This document shows, in pieces, positions 59,477 to 64,000 of a DNA stretch of 64,000 nucleotides. Source of the DNA: Azolla caroliniana (Eukaryota; Plantae; Polypodiophyta); NCBI GenBank assembly GCA_043228905.1, contig JBHGNT010000016.1:5642001-5706000 (forward strand). Reading direction: 5' to 3'. Under the pieces are notes generated by a model. The model saw nothing but the letters and a program-made list of their open reading frames with translations. It searched no databases and was not told the DNA's origin. Every line of letters begins with the position of its first letter. Position 1 is the first letter of the stretch. Both the position numbers and the translations under genes were made by a program.

Positions 59477-62400
59477 TGTTAACGTGCGGAAACGTTAGAC
59501 AGAACCGGCTCAGTCGGATAGCAACAGAGAATAAGATAAGTTTAATGGAGAAGCTTAATACACAGAGAGTATACGTGGGAGAGACAGAGAGAGAGCAAAA
59601 CGTGAACGTAGATTCAAAATAATCACAAAACACTTTGTAACTCTTTACATCCAACGTGCTAAACAACACTATTTATACAAGTCCTCAAAAGGACTGACAG
59701 AAGTACTATGTACTTCAATGCTCATACGAGCGACTGACAGAAGTACTGTGTACTTCAATGCTCATACGAGCGACTGACACTAACTACGAGACAATGGTTA
59801 CCTAGTAGTCTAGGCTTCCGGTCGCACTCGAATCCGACTCTCCGATACGTCTCCCCGATCCGGCCTGTTATTTTCGGATACCATCCGGATACCGATCCGG
59901 CTCATCCTTTCGGATGCCGATCCGGATCCGGTTGAGCTTGCTTGCTCAACACTCCCCCTCAAGCTCAACTTGAGGTCGGATCGTGGTGTTCGTGTCCGTG
60001 GCAGACGGTTCTGCTACCTGGCTCCTTCTAGCATCGCTCCGCCTTGCTCGCGCTCCTCGTTCGGTCATGTCCTATTTGCCGCGACTCTTCTGGTTCTACG
60101 CACCTCGACCTCCTCAGTCGGCTTGTGTGCTCAACAGGACCATTTCAGCTCCCTCGTTGTTGCGACTCCGGCACTTGTCGACTTGTCGGTTCCATTGTGT
60201 TGGCGTCGACTTCCGCTGCGTCTGTGTCCGCTTGGCCTATAGTTGATCCGGCTCCGCCGAATCCAACTGTTGAAGCAAATCGGTGGTCTCCGATTCCTTC
60301 CCACTCTTGTCCGAATTGGTGTTCTCCAACTTGTCTTCCGGTTTTAGGCCCTTCACCACATCAGACCATGTCTAGGTCTTGGCCTTCTCCTTCCGGTCGA
60401 CTCTATCCTTCTTGACTCAGCCGTCGCTTCCGCTCGTTCTGACTTGTTCGGATGTGCCGACTTCCTTCGTCAACCCGGCTTCCTTTTTCCTCTTGTCTCC
60501 CCCTTTGTTGGTTCTTCCCTTTTCGGTTCCTTGTCCAGTGCTGTCAACAGTTTCTTTGCCTTTGCTCGTTCTCCCCCTCAAGTGCGGCACGTCGAGATGT
60601 TGAACACCAAGCATTTCCATGAAGTGCTGCAACTTGTCTGATCCGAGCGGTTTGGTGAAGATGTCGGCAACCTGCCGATTCGTCTGAACATACCGGTGTT
60701 CGACTTCACCGCTCAGGACCCGCTCAAGTGCGGCATGTCGCAATAGATTAGGATTGGGGTCGGCACCTCGATCCGGAGATCTCACAGTAGTCGCCGAAGC
60801 CAGATGGCCTCACAGGTGGCATTGGTAGCGCCCCGGTACTCAGCCTCAATGCTTGACAGAGCCACTATTGGCTGCTTTTTGCTGCTCCTTGCAACAGTCG
60901 CGCTACCTAGAGAAAACATGTAACCTGAGGTGGATCAACGATCCGATGCATCACCAGCCTAGTCAACATCTGTGTATCCGACTAACTCTTTAGTTATACC
61001 ATGCCGGTATAACAATCCCCGGTCCTTCGTGCCGCTCACATACCGCAATATTCGATGCGCCCACTAAAGGTGCTCCATGTTGGTTCTACATGAATTGGTT
61101 GATCACACCGACCGGATAACTGATGTCGGATCGGGTGATTGTCAAGTATATCAGGCTTCCGACTATTTGTCGGAGTTGTTTCTCATCGCAGGCTGGTCCG
61201 GAGTTGGGACGAAACTTTTGGTTCCGGTCCAGGGGTGTGGAGATAGGTCGACATTTCGTCATGCCGAACTTGTACAACATATTCAACACATAGTGTCATT
61301 GTGAGAGAAATATGTCGTTGGGGGTTCGGATCACCTCGATCCCAAGGAAATAATGAAGGTCCCCCATATCCTTCATCTCAAATGCGTCCGACAGTTGGGC
61401 CTTGACACGGTTGATTTCATTGAGTCTGGGTCCGGTGATGACTAAATCATCTACATAAAGTAAGATGCAAACCGGACCGTTCGGACCTTGCCGGATGAAC
61501 AACGATGCGTCGTATTTAGAGGTCACAAACCCCATCTTACGCAACTAGTTCGTGATCTTCACATTCCAAGCTCGGGGGGCTTGTTTCAGACCGTAAAGCG
61601 ACTTCTTCAACCGGCACACCCCCGACTTGTTCATCTCCGACTGAAACCGGGAGGTTGGATCATATAGACCTGTTTTTCAAGGTCACCTTGAAGAAATGCA
61701 TTCTTCACGTCCATCTGGTGAAGATGCCACCCCCTTGCCGTAGCAACCACCAGTACCACATGAACCGTCGTCATCTTCACTACCGAAGCAAAGGTCTCGT
61801 CGTAGTCGATTCCGTGGGTCTGTGCATATGCCTTCGCCATTAACCGGGCCTTGTACTGGTTAACCGAACCGTTAGCATTGTACTTTACCTTATACACCCA
61901 TTTGCAACCGATCGGTTTATAGTGTCGGGGAGGGTCAACGAGGTCCCATGTGTCGTTGGCATCGAGTGCCCTCATTTCTTCCTCCATAGCAGCACGCCAA
62001 TTTGCGTCCTTTGCCGCTTCTGCATAGCTCTCCGGTTCACACACTTTAGCCACTTTGGTCATTTACGCATAGTGATGCGCCATGTACTCATTGTACTCGT
62101 ACCGCGTAACGGGGTTCTTCTGGCGAGAAGACCGGGATAACTTGTCATCACCCGGTTTGGGGCCCTTCTTGGCTGGTTCGGACTTCGTTCCCAAAGAAAC
62201 GCCTTCATCCTTTCTGGAGTCAGATTCGCTATGATCCGACTCAACGTTGCCGTCTTCGTATTCCGACATTTTCTGCTTCCCTTTCTCTGTGCACGTGAAC
62301 CATTTGCTCGGTTCCTTGCGCGGGGAGAGCACGGCAGAGTGTCCACTACTCACTGGTTCTTCATCTGACTGTTCATCCCGACTCAGCTGCTAATTTGGTC

Positions 62401-64000
62401 CACATAGCCAGAATGAGATCAGACTCTTGTCTAGAGTGCCGAGTTCTTCATCTTCTTCTTGGACCTCCTCGAGCTCACTAGCCTCATCTTCCGGAATCGG
62501 GTCTTCGTTTGGAGTTGGAGTCGGTAGGGAGTACCATGATGTCGTCTCATCAAACTTGACATCTCGGCTTACTCGGACCTGCTTAGTCCGGGGGTTATAA
62601 CACGTATACCCCTTTTGCTCATGCGAGTAGTTGACTAGGATGCACTTCTTGGACTTTGGATCCAGCTTCCTCCGCTTCTCATCCGGTACATGCACATATG
62701 TTATGTTACCGAATATCCGAAGGTGTCTCAAATTCGACTTCTGCCCGAAATATAATTCATGTGCTGACACCTTGTCTCCGATTCGGTTTTGGATGTAAAT
62801 GGTCGTCCGGACTGCCTCAACCTAGTAGAATTGAGGCATGTTGTTCTCCTCTAGCATTGACCTTGCCACGTCGACAATCGACCGATTCTTCCTTTCGGCC
62901 ACACCGTTTTGCTCCGGTGTGTATCTTAAGATGAATTCTCTCCGAATTCTGTTCTGCTCCAGATAACTGTTGAATTGGCCGGAAAAGTATTCTTTGCCGC
63001 CATTCGACCGCAAGCACTTGACTTTCCTCGCCGTTTCCTGTTCAACCAAGCTTTGCAAGTTCCGGAAACATTTGAAGACGTCGCTCTTCCGTTTGATGAG
63101 GTAGATCCACGTGTGTTGGTTGTAGTCGTCGATGAAGGAGACAAAGTATCGACGGGCGCCAAAACTAACATTTTGTGCCGGTTCCCATACATCCAAATGT
63201 ATTAGATCGAGCTTGTTACGGCTCCGGTTTCGTTCGATGGGGAATGGAAGCCCGTGTTGCTTCCCGATTTGGCAGGCTTCACAAATTTTGGCCTTCCGGC
63301 CGCTAAATTTCGGCAAACCGAAAACGACTTGTTTCGATTGCAGGTCTTGAAGGCTCAGATAATTGACGTGGCTGATCTGCTTGTGCCAAAGATCTATGTC
63401 TGATTCAATCTTTTGTCGTTTGGCAAACAAGGCGGTGCCAATGTCATTTGTGTTAAGGATGAACATCCTCTCTTCCCTCCGCCCTTACACAATTATCCAG
63501 CCTTCTTCCTCGATGAAGCACCTGAGGTGCATAAACCACACCTGCATCCCCTGGTCGACGATTTGTCCCACCGACACCATGTTCTTTGTGATAGTCGGAA
63601 CGTGTAGTACATTCATCAGCTTCCCCTTTTGTCCGACATGGCTTAAAGGAACTTCTCCGACATGCACAATTGGGTGAGGGGTGTCGTCTCCGGTTTCGAC
63701 AATCCACAGTTGTTCCAGTTTTTCCAAAAAAGAGAACGACTCTTCATGGCTTGTCATGTGGTTGGACGCTCTGGAATCAACGTACCATACTTCCTCCGAT
63801 TTTGAAGTAGTCTTCTTCACCGAGTTAGCCTTGTGCTTCATCACGAAGGTTGGCGCTTTTCCGGTTTTCCCGGTTCTGAATCCCTCTGATCCTCTTGCAT
63901 AGTGCGAGCTTTGCCGGTTTTCCCGATCGGTTTTGCCATATCCGGATTTGTCCGAATCGGCGCACTTCTTCCAGCACTCGCTTTCCCAGTGGCCCTTCTT
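59477..64000 (-). mobile_element. Degenerate Ty1/copia retrotransposon (3' LTR plus pol; 5' part beyond the window)
   Basis: 3' LTR 59951-59477 (TGTTGAGC...GTTAACA), PPT TTGAGGGGGAG next to it. Domain order: protease (VWYVDSRASNHMT), integrase (FVSFIDDY, EQNGVAERKNR), RT (IGCKWVYKVK, QMDVKNAFLQG, LLYVDDL), RNase H (QVADIFTKPL). Many stops and frameshifts. Confidence 0.96.

Overview
Eukaryotic land-plant nuclear DNA: AT-rich, GT-AG introns, PLS-class PPR genes, Ty1/copia and LINE debris. The very long intronless PPR and the retroelement types suggest a fern or other seed-free plant (inference only). Genes, left to right: the 3' end of a PLS/E-class PPR gene (1-150); a 4-exon ERI2-like DEDDh exonuclease with a GRF zinc finger (+); a convergent 22-exon ZRANB3/SMARCAL1-family SNF2 annealing helicase with an HNH nuclease (-); a degenerate tRNA-Val(CAC); a 1448-aa PLS-E PPR (+); an unassigned multi-exon gene (-); and a 2-exon WAV3-like RING-H2/vWA E3 ligase (+). 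Mobile DNA: a CACTA remnant, one L1-clade and two RTE/RTE-X-like LINE fragments, two solo LTRs with perfect TSDs, a rearranged 3.3-kb copia LTR element containing pieces of a second element in the opposite orientation, and a degenerate copia element running off the right edge. The most notable observation is missed by the ORF track. Splicing across a 2.7-kb intron gives the ERI2-like nuclease the peptide MLDQTQKERMARNREQALCRL, which aligns without gaps to the N-terminal RPA32-binding-like motif of the neighbouring helicase (MISEAQRKRMEENKAAALARL). No prokaryote-type system (CRISPR etc.) was found. Exon models were read by eye and need RNA-seq confirmation.
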